Shown one piece after another: positions 18,240 to 28,911 of a DNA stretch of 57,330 nt; the stretch's first letter is position 1, and every line of letters begins with the position of its first letter. The notes under the pieces were generated by a model, which was not told where the DNA came from, searched no databases, and saw only the letters and a list, made by a program, of their open reading frames with translations. The translations under genes were made by a program, and so were the position numbers. This DNA comes from an uncultured Spirochaetales bacterium (GTDB taxonomy: Bacteria; Spirochaetota; Spirochaetia; SPDA01; CAZSGZ01), in contig CAZXMO010000007.1 of the NCBI GenBank assembly GCA_964641125.1, positions 3,902-61,231 of the forward strand, written 5' to 3'.

Positions 18240-20446
18240 TAGCTCCAGCTTCGAGAATCTTTCCCTTTATCACCCGCCTGGGTCTGTACGTTTTAGCGAT
18301 GCTCCTCCCCCTTCTCCATCCCGCGGTCATCGTTCCCTACGATTGGAGCGGATGGTGGATGTGGTTCTTCCTGGTACCCGGGGAGATGTTTATCGCATTT
18401 TTTATGATACCGCCCCGGGTCAAGTGGCGGGGGACTCTCATTTTCGCCGGAGGTCTCCTCGTTCTCTCGGTTATCGCGGCCGGTATCAGCGGCCCGCCCC
18501 TGGCGATCCTCGCGGCGGGGGGTGTGAGTTTCGTGCTGACCCTCGCAATCTTTAGAACGGGAAGTTTCGGCCGGTTTCTTGCGGTGGCGGAACAGTTCTT
18601 TCTGGCCTACGTCTACTACAAGATTCTCAATTTTTCCAGGGCCTCCGAGGAGACCGCCCGGGCCGGGTCGGGAATCACTCAGGTGCTCCTCTTCTTGACG
18701 GTTATCTCGTTCATGGTCCACGCCTTTGCCCTGTATGCGGCCGCTTTTCGGGGAAGCGGCGGGGCCGGGGGCACCCGGAGGCGCAACCGCCGCGAGGCTC
18801 TCGTGTTCGGCGCCCTGGTGCCCGTCTTCCTTTTCCTCTCCCTGGCGCTGCCCCCCGATTTTATCAGGCACGCGGCGGTATTCAACACCCCCGACGATGA
18901 TCTCATGCGGGACATCCCCTACGATTCGGAGGGCTTTCCCTTAGACCGCGGCGGCAGGGGGACCGAGGAAGGGCCCGAAGGGCGGGACGGAGAAACCGGA
19001 CGCCTCAAAGGAATCCCCTCCGATCAATGGGGCGGCCGGACGGGACAGGACGGCGAAGAGGGAAATCAGTATGCGGTCATGCTCATCATGAGCCGTCACG
19101 ATCCGGTCTACGCCGCCGGGAGATACTACGGCCGGTTCGATTCCGAGAGGGGCTTCGTCTATTCCGACGATGAGCCTTTGAACGAGCTTTCCTACATCCG
19201 CCTCCTCGATACCTGGCGGGACGAGAATCCTTCCCTGGACGCCGACCGGGCACCTTTCGAGGTCAGGGCGATTTCGACTTTGTCGGAGAAGGTTCTCGCC
19301 TACCGTCCCGATGCGGTGGAACCCACTGTTCTCAAACGGCAGTTTCATCCCTTCGAGTATCAGTACGATTCCATCTCCCGGATAAGCGTCGCCTCCGACC
19401 GGGAGCTCGCGGAAGCGGACCCTCCTACCGCCGCTGAACGGCGGGAGCTCGGGGAGTATCTGAAAATCGGACTCGATCCCGAGGATGAAGCACTCTTTCG
19501 GGAGTTCCTCGATTCGGTCCTGGAGGGAGACGAGGGATACTACGAGATCGTTCACGCGATCTTAGCCGGATTCAAGAAGTATCAGTATGAGATCGGTTTT
19601 ACCGACGACGTATCGGTGGGGGCCCTTACCCGGTTTCTGACCGAGACGAAGAGCGGGGACTGTACCGAGTTCTCCAACACCACCGCCGTCCTCGCCCGGA
19701 TGGCGGGAATTCCCTCCCGGGTGGTGACCGGATACTTAGCGTCCCGGAATCTCCAGAGCCCCGCTCATCTTAGGGGGATCATCGAGCTTCGAAAGATCAT
19801 CGAGCCGTTGGCGGAGTATCCCCTAAAATCGACCTATCTGGTGACCACCGCGCATCGCCACTCATGGACGCAGATCTATGTTCCCGGATACGGGTGGATC
19901 GATGTGGAGACTACATCCACGGCCATTCCCCCGCCCCCCGGAATGGATCCGAACTCCCAGGACGTGGTTATCCCCATCATCGAGGATATCTCGAGAAGCG
20001 GCGAGGATTTCTCCTTTCCCTGGGCCCTGGTACTCCGGTTCTTCGGCGGTTTATTGGCCCTGGGTGTAGTGGGGGCCTACGGATTCCGCTTCGGCCGGGA
20101 GGGACTGCTCGCGCTACGCTCTCGGGATAATACCCCCGGGGGCCTCGCCGCCCTGTACCGGCTGGCGCTCATGAAGTGGGCGGCTTCGGGAGAGCCGGTC
20201 AAAAAGCGGCACGAAACCTGTCTCGAATATGCCGAATCCGTAAGGGTTCCCGGAGGGGGAGACGGATGGCGTGCCTTCGCCGGGGCATACACCGAGCTCC
20301 GCTACCGCAGCCGGATATCCTCCGAGGAATATGACCGGCTCTGGGCCGGTTTGAGAAAAGGGTACCGGCGGATCCTCGCTGCCCGGGAACGGGGGCCCCT
20401 GAGCAGCCTGCGGCGTTTTTTCAATCTCAAAGGACTGTACTATTGA
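18236..20446 (+). CDS. Polytopic membrane protein with C-terminal transglutaminase-like (Cys-His-Asp) domain (DUF3488/TGase family)
   Basis: TGase core TKSGDCTEFSNTTAVLARMAGIPSRVVTGY...HSWTQIYVPGYGWIDVETT. Probable GTG start at 18236, overlapping the DUF58 stop (GTGA). The track ORF start at 18125 lies inside DUF58. Confidence 0.75.
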   Translation: MIAPASRIFPFITRLGLYVLAMLLPLLHPAVIVPYDWSGWWMWFFLVPGEMFIAFFMIPPRVKWRGTLIFAGGLLVLSVIAAGISGPPLAILAAGGVSFVLTLAIFRTGSFGRFLAVAEQFFLAYVYYKILNFSRASEETARAGSGITQVLLFLTVISFMVHAFALYAAAFRGSGGAGGTRRRNRREALVFGALVPVFLFLSLALPPDFIRHAAVFNTPDDDLMRDIPYDSEGFPLDRGGRGTEEGPEGRDGETGRLKGIPSDQWGGRTGQDGEEGNQYAVMLIMSRHDPVYAAGRYYGRFDSERGFVYSDDEPLNELSYIRLLDTWRDENPSLDADRAPFEVRAISTLSEKVLAYRPDAVEPTVLKRQFHPFEYQYDSISRISVASDRELAEADPPTAAERRELGEYLKIGLDPEDEALFREFLDSVLEGDEGYYEIVHAILAGFKKYQYEIGFTDDVSVGALTRFLTETKSGDCTEFSNTTAVLARMAGIPSRVVTGYLASRNLQSPAHLRGIIELRKIIEPLAEYPLKSTYLVTTAHRHSWTQIYVPGYGWIDVETTSTAIPPPPGMDPNSQDVVIPIIEDISRSGEDFSFPWALVLRFFGGLLALGVVGAYGFRFGREGLLALRSRDNTPGGLAALYRLALMKWAASGEPVKKRHETCLEYAESVRVPGGGDGWRAFAGAYTELRYRSRISSEEYDRLWAGLRKGYRRILAARERGPLSSLRRFFNLKGLYY

Positions 20447-21702
20447 TGAACCGATATATCCGTATTTACCGCCGTTCGATCCTCCTCGCCGCCGCCCTGG
20501 TATTGCTCCTGAGCGGCTGCGGGGCGAAGAAGAACTGGATCATGTTCCGGGGCGAGCAGGGCCGGGGCGCGACCTCGACAACCATCCGGCCGCCTTTGGG
20601 AGTCAAATGGAACCTGAAGCTCCAGGAGCATTCGGAGCCGGCCTACGCCTTCAACAACCCGGTGGTCTTCGACGAGACCATCTACTTCGGGTCCACCGAC
20701 GGGAACGTATACGCCCTGGACATCGAAAGCGGCTACATGCGGTGGGTCCACAAAACACGGGGGGGCATCAACTCGGTGCCCGTCGCCGACGGGGACACCC
20801 TCTATATCGGCTCGAACGACGGAGTCCTCTACGCCCTCGATCAGGAAACGGGGAGCTCCCGTTGGACCTTTCAGGCCACAAGCACCCTCCAATCAACTAT
20901 TATCCGGCACGAAGATTCGGTCCTCTTCGTGGGAGACGGAGATTTCGTCTACTCGGTAAACCGCGGGACCGGGGAGCTCGAGTACCGGCTTCCCAATCTG
21001 GTATGGTACTACTTTACCTTCCAGGTCTACGACGACGTCATCTACTTCGCCCCCGGTCCCCCGGAGCGGCCCCACAGCATGGGTGCCTGGGACATCGAGA
21101 CCCGGAGCTATCTGTGGGTATTGGATACGGTCTACCTCGACGCGGTGTGGTATTCCTTTCCCGCCATCGAGGGGGATACCCTCTACTTCGCCACAATGGA
21201 CCCCTACGCCGACGTGTGGGAGCTCGATTACTACGCCTACGACAGGCTTACCGGAGATATCGAGTGGAAGTACTCCGATTTATCGGTGTGGCCCTATACC
21301 GGGCAGGTCGATACCATCGAGCTCTACGAGAAATATATGCGTCTCCTCGATTACTTGGCCCCGTCTCTCTGGAAGGAGTTGGTCATCTACACCAGCGGCG
21401 ACGCCATGGTGCGGGCCTTGGACGCGGAAACGGGCCGGCTGATGTGGGAAAAGCAGTTCGAAACGGTAACCACCTCCGCGCCCACCGTAGCCGGCGATTA
21501 CGTCTACTTCGGAATCGACGGAAACGACAACCCCTATTTCCCGACGCCCCCCCAGCTGGTCTGTCTCTCGGCGCGTACGGGCAAGCAGATGTGGGAGATG
21601 GACCTCCAGGGCAGGCTCCTGAGCGCCCCGGTGGTCGCTCAGGACTGGATGATCTTCGGGACCGACGCGAACCGGTTCTATGTTTTAGAGGAGCTTTTTT
21701 GA
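20443..21702 (+). CDS. PQQ-repeat beta-propeller lipoprotein (BamB-like)
   Basis: Lipobox LLLSGCG. Repeated G..YALD..TG...W motifs. Its ATG overlaps the TGase stop (ATGA). Confidence 0.8.
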   Translation: MMNRYIRIYRRSILLAAALVLLLSGCGAKKNWIMFRGEQGRGATSTTIRPPLGVKWNLKLQEHSEPAYAFNNPVVFDETIYFGSTDGNVYALDIESGYMRWVHKTRGGINSVPVADGDTLYIGSNDGVLYALDQETGSSRWTFQATSTLQSTIIRHEDSVLFVGDGDFVYSVNRGTGELEYRLPNLVWYYFTFQVYDDVIYFAPGPPERPHSMGAWDIETRSYLWVLDTVYLDAVWYSFPAIEGDTLYFATMDPYADVWELDYYAYDRLTGDIEWKYSDLSVWPYTGQVDTIELYEKYMRLLDYLAPSLWKELVIYTSGDAMVRALDAETGRLMWEKQFETVTTSAPTVAGDYVYFGIDGNDNPYFPTPPQLVCLSARTGKQMWEMDLQGRLLSAPVVAQDWMIFGTDANRFYVLEELF

Positions 21703-22763
21703 TGCGGAGAATTATTGATTTTCGTTCCGATACCGTAACCAGACCTACCGGCGAAATGCGGAAAGCCATGGCCGAGGCTGAAGTGGGGGACGACGTCCTC
21801 AGGGAAGACCCCACGGTCAACCGGTTGGAAGCCCGGGCCGCGGAGATTCTGGGGAAGGAAGCCGCTCTGTTCGTACCTTCCGGAACCTTCGGAAACCAGG
21901 CGGCCCTGTTCACCCACTGTGACAGGGGCAATGAGGTTATTCTTTCGGATAGCTGCCACATCGTCGAGCACGAGGCGGGGGCTGCGTCGATGCTCGCTTC
22001 GGTCCAGCTGCGTACCGTAGCGCCGGCCGAACAGTGGCTCTCCTGGGAAGAAATAGAGCCTCGTATCCGCTCGGAGAAAAACATCCACTTCCCCGATACA
22101 GGATGCGTCGCCTTGGAGAATGCTCTTTCCTCCGGTGAATGCCAGCCCCTTGCCGAGGCCGAAAAAATATACGCCGGGGCCGGAGGGTATTCGGTGCCGG
22201 TCCATCTCGACGGGGCGCGCATCTTCAACGGCGCTCTCGCCCTCGGGGTCGAGGCCGCGTCGATAGCCGCCGCCGCGGACAGCGTTATGTTCTGCCTGTC
22301 CAAGGGACTCAGCGCCCCGGTCGGATCGCTCCTCGCGGGGGACAGGGACTTCATCGAGGCCGCCCGGGTCCGACGGAAGATCATGGGAGGGGGAATGAGA
22401 CAGGCGGGGGTCCTCGCCGCCGCGGGACTCGTCTGTCTCGACACGACGCGCTTACGCCTCGCCGAGGACCATGCCACCGCGGCCCGGCTCAGGGAAATCT
22501 TCGGCCGGTATTCCGAGCTCCGGGTGATGAAGCAAAAGAACCCCATCAATATGGTCTTCTTCAGATTCGCGGACAACGTCGCAGCCGGCGGCGAATCGCA
22601 CCGGGAGAAAACCTTTCTCGACGCCTGCAGGAAAAAGGGGTACCTGACCTACGAGCCCGAGGGGGGATGGTTCCGCTTCGTTACTCATCGTGAGATTACG
22701 GATGAGGATGTGGAAGCGTTCGGACGGGATCTGTCCGGGATACTCGAAACGGCCCTGGAATAA
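21702..22763 (+). CDS. ltaE: Low-specificity L-threonine aldolase
   Basis: MRRIIDFRSDTVTRPT...GTFGNQAAL... matches the PLP fold-type I threonine aldolase family. Its start overlaps the PQQ gene stop (TGATG). Confidence 0.85.
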   Translation: MRRIIDFRSDTVTRPTGEMRKAMAEAEVGDDVLREDPTVNRLEARAAEILGKEAALFVPSGTFGNQAALFTHCDRGNEVILSDSCHIVEHEAGAASMLASVQLRTVAPAEQWLSWEEIEPRIRSEKNIHFPDTGCVALENALSSGECQPLAEAEKIYAGAGGYSVPVHLDGARIFNGALALGVEAASIAAAADSVMFCLSKGLSAPVGSLLAGDRDFIEAARVRRKIMGGGMRQAGVLAAAGLVCLDTTRLRLAEDHATAARLREIFGRYSELRVMKQKNPINMVFFRFADNVAAGGESHREKTFLDACRKKGYLTYEPEGGWFRFVTHREITDEDVEAFGRDLSGILETALE

Positions 22764-22788
22764 CCGGTCCCGGGGGAAGGTCCGCAGG

Positions 22789-24120
22789 CTATATGAGGGC
22801 CTGCAGGAGGGGCCGCTCCCCGCTCATCCTGTTACGTATAAAGTCGAGATAATCGGACCTCGTCACGATGCCTATCAGGCGTCCGTTCTCCTCGATGGGG
22901 AGGTGTCCGATGTTGTTCTTATAGAGGAGGCTCTCGATCTCCCGTACGGTGGTATTTTTCTTACCCGTTATGATTTTCCGGTTCATGTAGGCCTTGGCCG
23001 GGGCGTGCATCTGACTTCCCTTCCTCCCCTTCATGATGTCTTTGAGGGTCATAAAGCCGGTCAATTTTCCCCTCTCATCGACCACCGGGGCTCCCGAGTG
23101 GTTGATACCCTCGAGAAAGATAGAGGCTTCCAGCAGGCTCCAGTCCTCTCGTATGACCCCCACGTCCCGGGTCATAATCTTTTCCGCGATGATAGCGGGG
23201 ATAAGACTGCCGTGAAGATGTTCGATAAGACGGTTGAATACCTCGGTTCCGTCCATTTTCTTCAGGAGCGTCGAGGCCGCCGCGGAATGGCCGCCCCCGC
23301 CGAAGGCGGAGAGGAGTTCATTGAGGTCGATGGACGGCTTCTGACTGCGGCCTATGATGAGGGTATCGTTCTCCTTCGCGAAGTGGAAGACCGCGAAGAT
23401 TGCGTCGGTATTCTCTACCTCGAACGCCTTCTCCACCACGGCGGCGAGACCTCCCACTTGACGCTCCATTTCCATGTAGACCACCGCGAGAAAGTGCCCG
23501 TGGATGTCCTGATAGGAGATGCGGTTCAAGATGTCGTGGAAGAGGGTTATCTGGTGATCATCTTTGAGGGTCTTGAGGAATTCTTTGACCAGCTTGATCG
23601 AGGCATTCTGCCGGGCGCAGTAGGAAGCGACGTGAAAATCGGCGTTCCCCACGTCCTCGTGGGTAAAGTTGCCGGTATCGGCATAGATCCCCGCAAGTGC
23701 GATAGTCGCGTCCTCCGGGGTCAACGCGAGCTCCCTCCGGATGCACTCGAGACCCATGAGGGTCGTGTTGGAGCCGACGGGAAGCTCGGTGAGCTCGGCG
23801 CCCTCGATGTCGCACTCCATTCCCCGGTGATGGTCATAGACGTAAATTGTCCCTGTAACCGAATCGACGAGATCGAGATATTCCTTGACCCGTACATAGG
23901 AGCGGGTATCGACGATGACTACGTCCCTCACCGGCTTCCCCTTGAGGTCCTTCGAGGGGACCATATTCAAATGATTCTGATAGAGATTGTACAGATTCTT
24001 CGCCACCGGATGAATAAAGCGGCTCGAGACAAGTGTATATCCCGGGTAGAGGTACCGGGCGAGAACCATCGACCCGAAGCAGTCCAGGTCCATGTTGGAA
24101 TGGCCGATTATTATGTCCAT
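22789..24120 (-). CDS. DHH/DHHA1 phosphoesterase with C-terminal CBS pair (NrnA-like)
   Basis: DHH motif I (IIGHSNMDLDCFGS), the DHHA1 GGGGH motif, and two CBS modules in the last roughly 130 aa. Confidence 0.75.
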   Translation of the reverse strand: MDIIIGHSNMDLDCFGSMVLARYLYPGYTLVSSRFIHPVAKNLYNLYQNHLNMVPSKDLKGKPVRDVVIVDTRSYVRVKEYLDLVDSVTGTIYVYDHHRGMECDIEGAELTELPVGSNTTLMGLECIRRELALTPEDATIALAGIYADTGNFTHEDVGNADFHVASYCARQNASIKLVKEFLKTLKDDHQITLFHDILNRISYQDIHGHFLAVVYMEMERQVGGLAAVVEKAFEVENTDAIFAVFHFAKENDTLIIGRSQKPSIDLNELLSAFGGGGHSAAASTLLKKMDGTEVFNRLIEHLHGSLIPAIIAEKIMTRDVGVIREDWSLLEASIFLEGINHSGAPVVDERGKLTGFMTLKDIMKGRKGSQMHAPAKAYMNRKIITGKKNTTVREIESLLYKNNIGHLPIEENGRLIGIVTRSDYLDFIRNRMSGERPLLQALI

Positions 24121-24219
24121 AATCTTTGTATAGACTATATTATCCTATCCCTCATAAATTGCAACCCGTGAAAGGGGTCTCTTGCCGTAGTAAAAAAATA
24201 TTCGTACTATACTAGAGAA

Positions 24220-24549
24220 ATGTCGGATTCCAAGTATCCCTCCGGCGGATTCGAGGAGGAGATCCTCGAGGAAGCGGAAGACCGGACTAAAGAACCTGAG
24301 ATGTACGTAGTGATACTCCATAATGATCACTACACCACCATGGATTTCGTGGTGGAGGTCCTGATGACGGTATTTCGTAAATCCGCGGCGGAGGCGACAA
24401 AGATCATGCTCGACGTTCACCGCAAGGGAAAGGGATACGTGGGGTACTTCCCCTACGATATCGCCGCCACCAAGGTGAGCCAGGTCCATGAGATGGCCAA
24501 GGAAAACGAGTTTCCACTACGATGTACGATAGAAAGGGCTGGCCGATGA
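24220..24549 (+). CDS. clpS: ClpS, ATP-dependent Clp protease adaptor (N-recognin)
   Basis: MYVVILHNDHYTTMDFVVEVLMTVF is the ClpS signature. Confidence 0.9.
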   Translation: MSDSKYPSGGFEEEILEEAEDRTKEPEMYVVILHNDHYTTMDFVVEVLMTVFRKSAAEATKIMLDVHRKGKGYVGYFPYDIAATKVSQVHEMAKENEFPLRCTIERAGR

Positions 24550-26813
24550 GAATACACGAAGACGTTCAAACGGTTTTGAATGCCGCCTATCAAGAGGCGA
24601 AACAAAAAAAGCACGAGTACCTGACCGCTGAGCACATCCTCTATGCCGCTCTCTTTTTCGATAATGTTAAAGCGGTGATGGAGGAGTGCGAAACCGATAT
24701 CGATCAGATTCGCCGGGATCTCGAAGGATATATGGAAAAGCACATCCCCACGGTGGAGGACGAAGAACCGGTCCAGACCGTCGGGTTCCAGGAAGTGATC
24801 CAGGAGGCGGTTTTCCACACCCAGACCTCTCAGAAGGGGGAGGTAGACCTCGGCGATCTCTTGGTATCCATCTATAACGACGAGAAGAGCCACGGCTCCT
24901 ATTACCTGCGGAAGGCGGGTCTCAAGCGGTTCGATCTTCTCAAAGCGGTCTCGGAGCTTCATCCTCTCGAAGAGGAACAGGAAGCCGGGGGGCCGAGACT
25001 TCTCTCCGGCGAGCAGAACGCGGAGGAAGGACGGAAAAAAGAGAAGAGCGTCCTCAGGAACTACACCACCGAGCTAACCGCCTTGGCCCGGGAAAGCCGC
25101 CTGGAGCCGCTGATCGGGCGGGAAGATATTGTCGAGCGGACCGTACAGGTGCTGTGCCGCAGGCTCAAGAACAATCCGGTTTTAGTCGGTGATCCGGGGG
25201 TAGGGAAGACCGCAATCGCCGAAGGACTCGCCCAGCGGATCGCGGAAGAGCGGGTGCCCAAGACTCTCAAAGGCTTCGAGGTCTACGCTCTCGACATGGG
25301 GGGGATGATCGCGGGGACCCGCTTCCGTGGTGATTTCGAGGAAAGAATGAAGAACGTCATCAAGGAGCTCGAGCAGAAGGAGAGGGTAATACTCTTCATT
25401 GACGAAATCCACACCATAATCGGTGCGGGAGCGGTCTCCGGAGGGACCATGGACGCCTCCAATCTCTTAAAGCCCGCTCTCGCATCGGGGAGACTCCGGT
25501 GCATCGGATCGACCACCTTCGAGGAGTTCAAAAAATCCTTCGACAAGGACAGGGCCCTTTCCCGGCGGTTCCAGAAGATCGAGGTCCAGGAGCCGACCCT
25601 CGCCGAGGCGGTGGAAATACTCAAAGGACTGCAGGAGAAATACGAGTCCTATCACGGGGTTACCTACACCGAGGAGGCACTGAAGGCCGCGGTGGACCTC
25701 TCCGCCCAGTACATCAACGAGCGACATCTTCCCGACAAGGCCATCGACGTGATCGACGAAGCCGGCGCCTATATGAGAATCAAGGCGTTCAAAGAGGACC
25801 GGGAAGACGAGACCCTGAGTTCCGTGGAGATTACCGAGCACGACATCGAAGTGGTAGTCTCCAGGATAGCCCGAATACCGGAGAAGAGCGTTACCGTGAG
25901 CGAGCAGGAGGTCTTGAAGGATCTCGAGAAACGCCTTACCTCCGAAGTCTACGGCCAGGAACACGCTGTAAGCGAAGTTGTCCAGGCGGTCAAGCGGTCC
26001 CGGGCGGGATTCAAGGATCCCAACAAGCCGGTGGCCTCGTTCCTTTTCGTCGGACCCACCGGAGTCGGAAAGACCGAGCTCGCCCGGCAGCTTGCCGACA
26101 CCTTAGGCATAGCACTCCACCGCTTCGACATGAGCGAGTATCAGGAAAAGCATACCGTGGCCAGGCTCATCGGGAGTCCCCCCGGTTACGTGGGGTACGA
26201 AGAGGGGGGACTCTTGACCGACGCCATACGGAAGACCCCTCATGCCGTCCTTCTCTTTGACGAGGTGGAAAAGGCCCATCAGGACGTCTATAATGTGCTG
26301 CTTCAGATGATGGATTACGCCACCGTCACCGACAATACCGGACGGAAGGCCGATTTCCGGAACGTCATTATCATTATGACTTCCAACGCCGGGGCCAGGG
26401 ATATCGGCAAACCGATGATCGGTTTCGGGGAGCGCCGGATAGACGCCCAGGCAATAGGGGACGCGGTAGAGAGGACCTTCGCCCCCGAGTTCAGGAACCG
26501 CCTCGACAAGATCGTCACCTTCAACCGGCTGAGCAAAGAGATCGTTCTCATGATCGTGGACAAGGAGCTGAATATTTTCCAGAGCCGGCTTGAAGAGAAA
26601 GGGGTCACCCTCGAGGTAACGGACCGTTGCCGGGAATATCTCGCGGAAGAGGGATACTCCCCCGAATTCGGGGCGCGGAACATCGCCCGGCTTATCCAGG
26701 AGAAGATCAAGAACTTCTTCGTCGACGCCGTTCTCTTCGGGGAACTTTCCAAGGGCGGGAAGGCCGTAGCGGATATCGAAAGCGGAGAGGTGAGCATTCG
26801 GGTTATGGAGTAG
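24546..26813 (+). CDS. clpA: ClpA, ATP-dependent Clp protease ATP-binding subunit
   Basis: N-domain plus two AAA+ modules ([15 protein letters not shown] and [15 protein letters not shown]). The start MRIHEDV overlaps the clpS stop (ATGA). The track ORF 24522 is over-extended. Confidence 0.9.
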   Translation: MRIHEDVQTVLNAAYQEAKQKKHEYLTAEHILYAALFFDNVKAVMEECETDIDQIRRDLEGYMEKHIPTVEDEEPVQTVGFQEVIQEAVFHTQTSQKGEVDLGDLLVSIYNDEKSHGSYYLRKAGLKRFDLLKAVSELHPLEEEQEAGGPRLLSGEQNAEEGRKKEKSVLRNYTTELTALARESRLEPLIGREDIVERTVQVLCRRLKNNPVLVGDPGVGKTAIAEGLAQRIAEERVPKTLKGFEVYALDMGGMIAGTRFRGDFEERMKNVIKELEQKERVILFIDEIHTIIGAGAVSGGTMDASNLLKPALASGRLRCIGSTTFEEFKKSFDKDRALSRRFQKIEVQEPTLAEAVEILKGLQEKYESYHGVTYTEEALKAAVDLSAQYINERHLPDKAIDVIDEAGAYMRIKAFKEDREDETLSSVEITEHDIEVVVSRIARIPEKSVTVSEQEVLKDLEKRLTSEVYGQEHAVSEVVQAVKRSRAGFKDPNKPVASFLFVGPTGVGKTELARQLADTLGIALHRFDMSEYQEKHTVARLIGSPPGYVGYEEGGLLTDAIRKTPHAVLLFDEVEKAHQDVYNVLLQMMDYATVTDNTGRKADFRNVIIIMTSNAGARDIGKPMIGFGERRIDAQAIGDAVERTFAPEFRNRLDKIVTFNRLSKEIVLMIVDKELNIFQSRLEEKGVTLEVTDRCREYLAEEGYSPEFGARNIARLIQEKIKNFFVDAVLFGELSKGGKAVADIESGEVSIRVME

Positions 26814-26824
26814 CGGGCCGGTCG

Positions 26825-27556
26825 ATGGAAGACGCGGGTTTTCCCTACTTCGGTGAAAATGAACGGTTCCAATTTCCTCCGGTAAGCGAGAGCACCCCCG
26901 AGGGCATCGTCGCATCGGGGGGAAATTTGAGCCCGGGAATGCTCATATCCGCCTACACCCAGGGCATTTTTCCCTGGTATACCGAGGGGGAGCCCATTCT
27001 CTGGTGGTCCCCGGACCCCCGTTTTATCCTCCGGTTCGCCCATCTCCACGTATCCAAATCCTTAAGAAAAGTATTGAGGCAGGACCGCTTTTCGGTCACC
27101 CTGGATTGTGAGTTCGACGGGGTTATTACCGCCTGCCGGAATGTCGCCCGCCGAGGGCAGACCGGCACCTGGATTACCGACGAGATGACCGAGGGGTATC
27201 ACCGCCTCCGCGAGCTCGGGTACGCCCACAGCGTCGAGGTCTGGAGGGAGGGGGTACTTGCCGGAGGGCTCTACGGAGTTAGCCTCGGGGCCATGTTTTT
27301 CGGGGAATCGATGTTCAGCAACATCCCCGACGCCTCCAAGACGGCCCTGATATATCTTGTTGGCCAGCTCGAGCGTGTAGGTTTCGACTGTATCGACAGT
27401 CAGGTCTATACCGCCCATCTCCAGCGGATGGGGGCGGTGGAAATTCCTCGGAAAGAATACATGAAAATCCTCGAAAGGCGTCTGGAAATGCCCACCATCC
27501 GGGGAAACTGGGGTGAAAAATTCCCCGCTATGAAAACATCAAATATCTTGCATTAA
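26825..27556 (+). CDS. aat: Leucyl/phenylalanyl-tRNA-protein transferase
   Basis: GIFPWYTEGEPILWWSPDPRFIL...GESMFS are conserved L/F-transferase motifs. The ATG at 26825 lies 12 nt after the clpA stop. Confidence 0.85.
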   Translation: MEDAGFPYFGENERFQFPPVSESTPEGIVASGGNLSPGMLISAYTQGIFPWYTEGEPILWWSPDPRFILRFAHLHVSKSLRKVLRQDRFSVTLDCEFDGVITACRNVARRGQTGTWITDEMTEGYHRLRELGYAHSVEVWREGVLAGGLYGVSLGAMFFGESMFSNIPDASKTALIYLVGQLERVGFDCIDSQVYTAHLQRMGAVEIPRKEYMKILERRLEMPTIRGNWGEKFPAMKTSNILH

Positions 27557-27588
27557 ACTTTGCCACGCAGTAGACTCATTTCTGTAGC

Positions 27589-28911
27589 ATGGCAGCCAGG
27601 ATTACCGCCGGTATCTTCGTCCTCCTCACCGTACTCGTCACGGCCTCCTTCCCCCAGCAGAGTGAAGATCCCGGAACAGGCGTGCTTTTCATCACCTCGG
27701 ACCCAATAAACTGCACAGTAGAGGTGAACGGAGCGGAGCTCTCCGTACGGACTCCCGTGCTTCTCACGGACCTCGAAGAGGGATCGTACGCCGTCATCCT
27801 TACAAAGGAGGGGTTCCGCCCCGCCGAGGTACGTGTCGACGTAACAGCCGCCGAACCCCGCGCGGCGTCGGCCGACCTGACCGCCGACACGGTCCGGCCC
27901 TTTTTCCAGTCCCAGGATAAAATAGTCGTAAACAACAGGACCACCCTTCCCGGGGCGTACGGTCTAGACCTCCCGGAGGGGGAGTATACAATTCGAAGAG
28001 AGGAAGGGGTCATTTATATCGATCCCGTGTATCCGGGGCAGAAACTCCTGACGGCGATGCACATCGGGCTTCCCATTATGGCGGTGATCTCGGGGCTTTT
28101 AACGGTGGAGAACATTCTGAATCCCCATCCGGCGTGGCACTCCCTCTCGCCCGCGGCGGTTACCAGCTACGTCCTCACCGGGGGAATGCTCGCCCTGGAT
28201 TTGACCCTCCTCGGGAGAAAGCGGAAATTCGAGCGGGAATTTCCGGTCCGGGAGGTCCCCGGGGGCCGCATTACCGACGATCCCGCGGCCCTCTATGCCT
28301 TGGGCGAGCAGAGTATCGCCGGAGAACAGTTTCAGGAGGCGGTGGACTATTACCGGCTGATTCTTACCGGTTTTCCCGACTCCCCCTACTATCCCCAGGC
28401 GCTGTACAAGCTCGCCCGGATTCATTACGTTCTCGGGAATACCCGGCTCAGTCTCCAAGAGCTGAGAATCGTCAAGAACCGGTATCCCCTTCCCGATCTC
28501 TACGACAAGGCCTGCAAAAACCTAGCCGATATATACTATTCCCAGAACCGGTACGAGAAGGCCCTCGAATATTTGGATCAGATTGTCTTCTATGACCCCC
28601 TCCACACCCGGGAATCCGTCGATTTCTACAGGGCCCAGATCCGGGAGAGGCAGTATACCTCCGGTGATCTGGATATCGATCGGGTCATCGGCGCCTACCG
28701 CGGGCTTTTCAAACGTTATGGGGGCTCCGAAAACCGCCCGCAATATGCCTATACCCTAGCCTATTACCTCTATCTCGACGAAGAGTACACCGAAGCCCGA
28801 GAGATCTTGGATGATATCGAGGGGGCCGATGAGGACTTGAGCCGTTCGATCCGGGAGCTGACCCGGGAAGTAGACGCACTCCTTAACGGTGGAGAAGGCG
28901 GCGGCGGATGA
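27589..28911 (+). CDS. PEGA-domain / TPR-repeat protein with signal peptide
   Basis: PEGA module (VLFITSDPINCTVEVNGAE...YAVILTKEGFRPAEVRV), a TM segment, and a TPR-like C-terminal half. Confidence 0.7.
   Translation: MAARITAGIFVLLTVLVTASFPQQSEDPGTGVLFITSDPINCTVEVNGAELSVRTPVLLTDLEEGSYAVILTKEGFRPAEVRVDVTAAEPRAASADLTADTVRPFFQSQDKIVVNNRTTLPGAYGLDLPEGEYTIRREEGVIYIDPVYPGQKLLTAMHIGLPIMAVISGLLTVENILNPHPAWHSLSPAAVTSYVLTGGMLALDLTLLGRKRKFEREFPVREVPGGRITDDPAALYALGEQSIAGEQFQEAVDYYRLILTGFPDSPYYPQALYKLARIHYVLGNTRLSLQELRIVKNRYPLPDLYDKACKNLADIYYSQNRYEKALEYLDQIVFYDPLHTRESVDFYRAQIRERQYTSGDLDIDRVIGAYRGLFKRYGGSENRPQYAYTLAYYLYLDEEYTEAREILDDIEGADEDLSRSIRELTREVDALLNGGEGGGG

Noticed and set aside
20607-21701. 5' two-thirds of the 718-aa track ORF 20607..22763
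   Set aside because: It overlaps the PQQ lipoprotein gene in another frame and is R/G/P-rich. Only the part from the ATG at 21702 (ltaE) is supported by homology.
26103-27049. Minus-strand ORFs 26103..26915 and 26315..27049 across the clpA/aat junction
   Set aside because: They are antisense to two well-supported genes.
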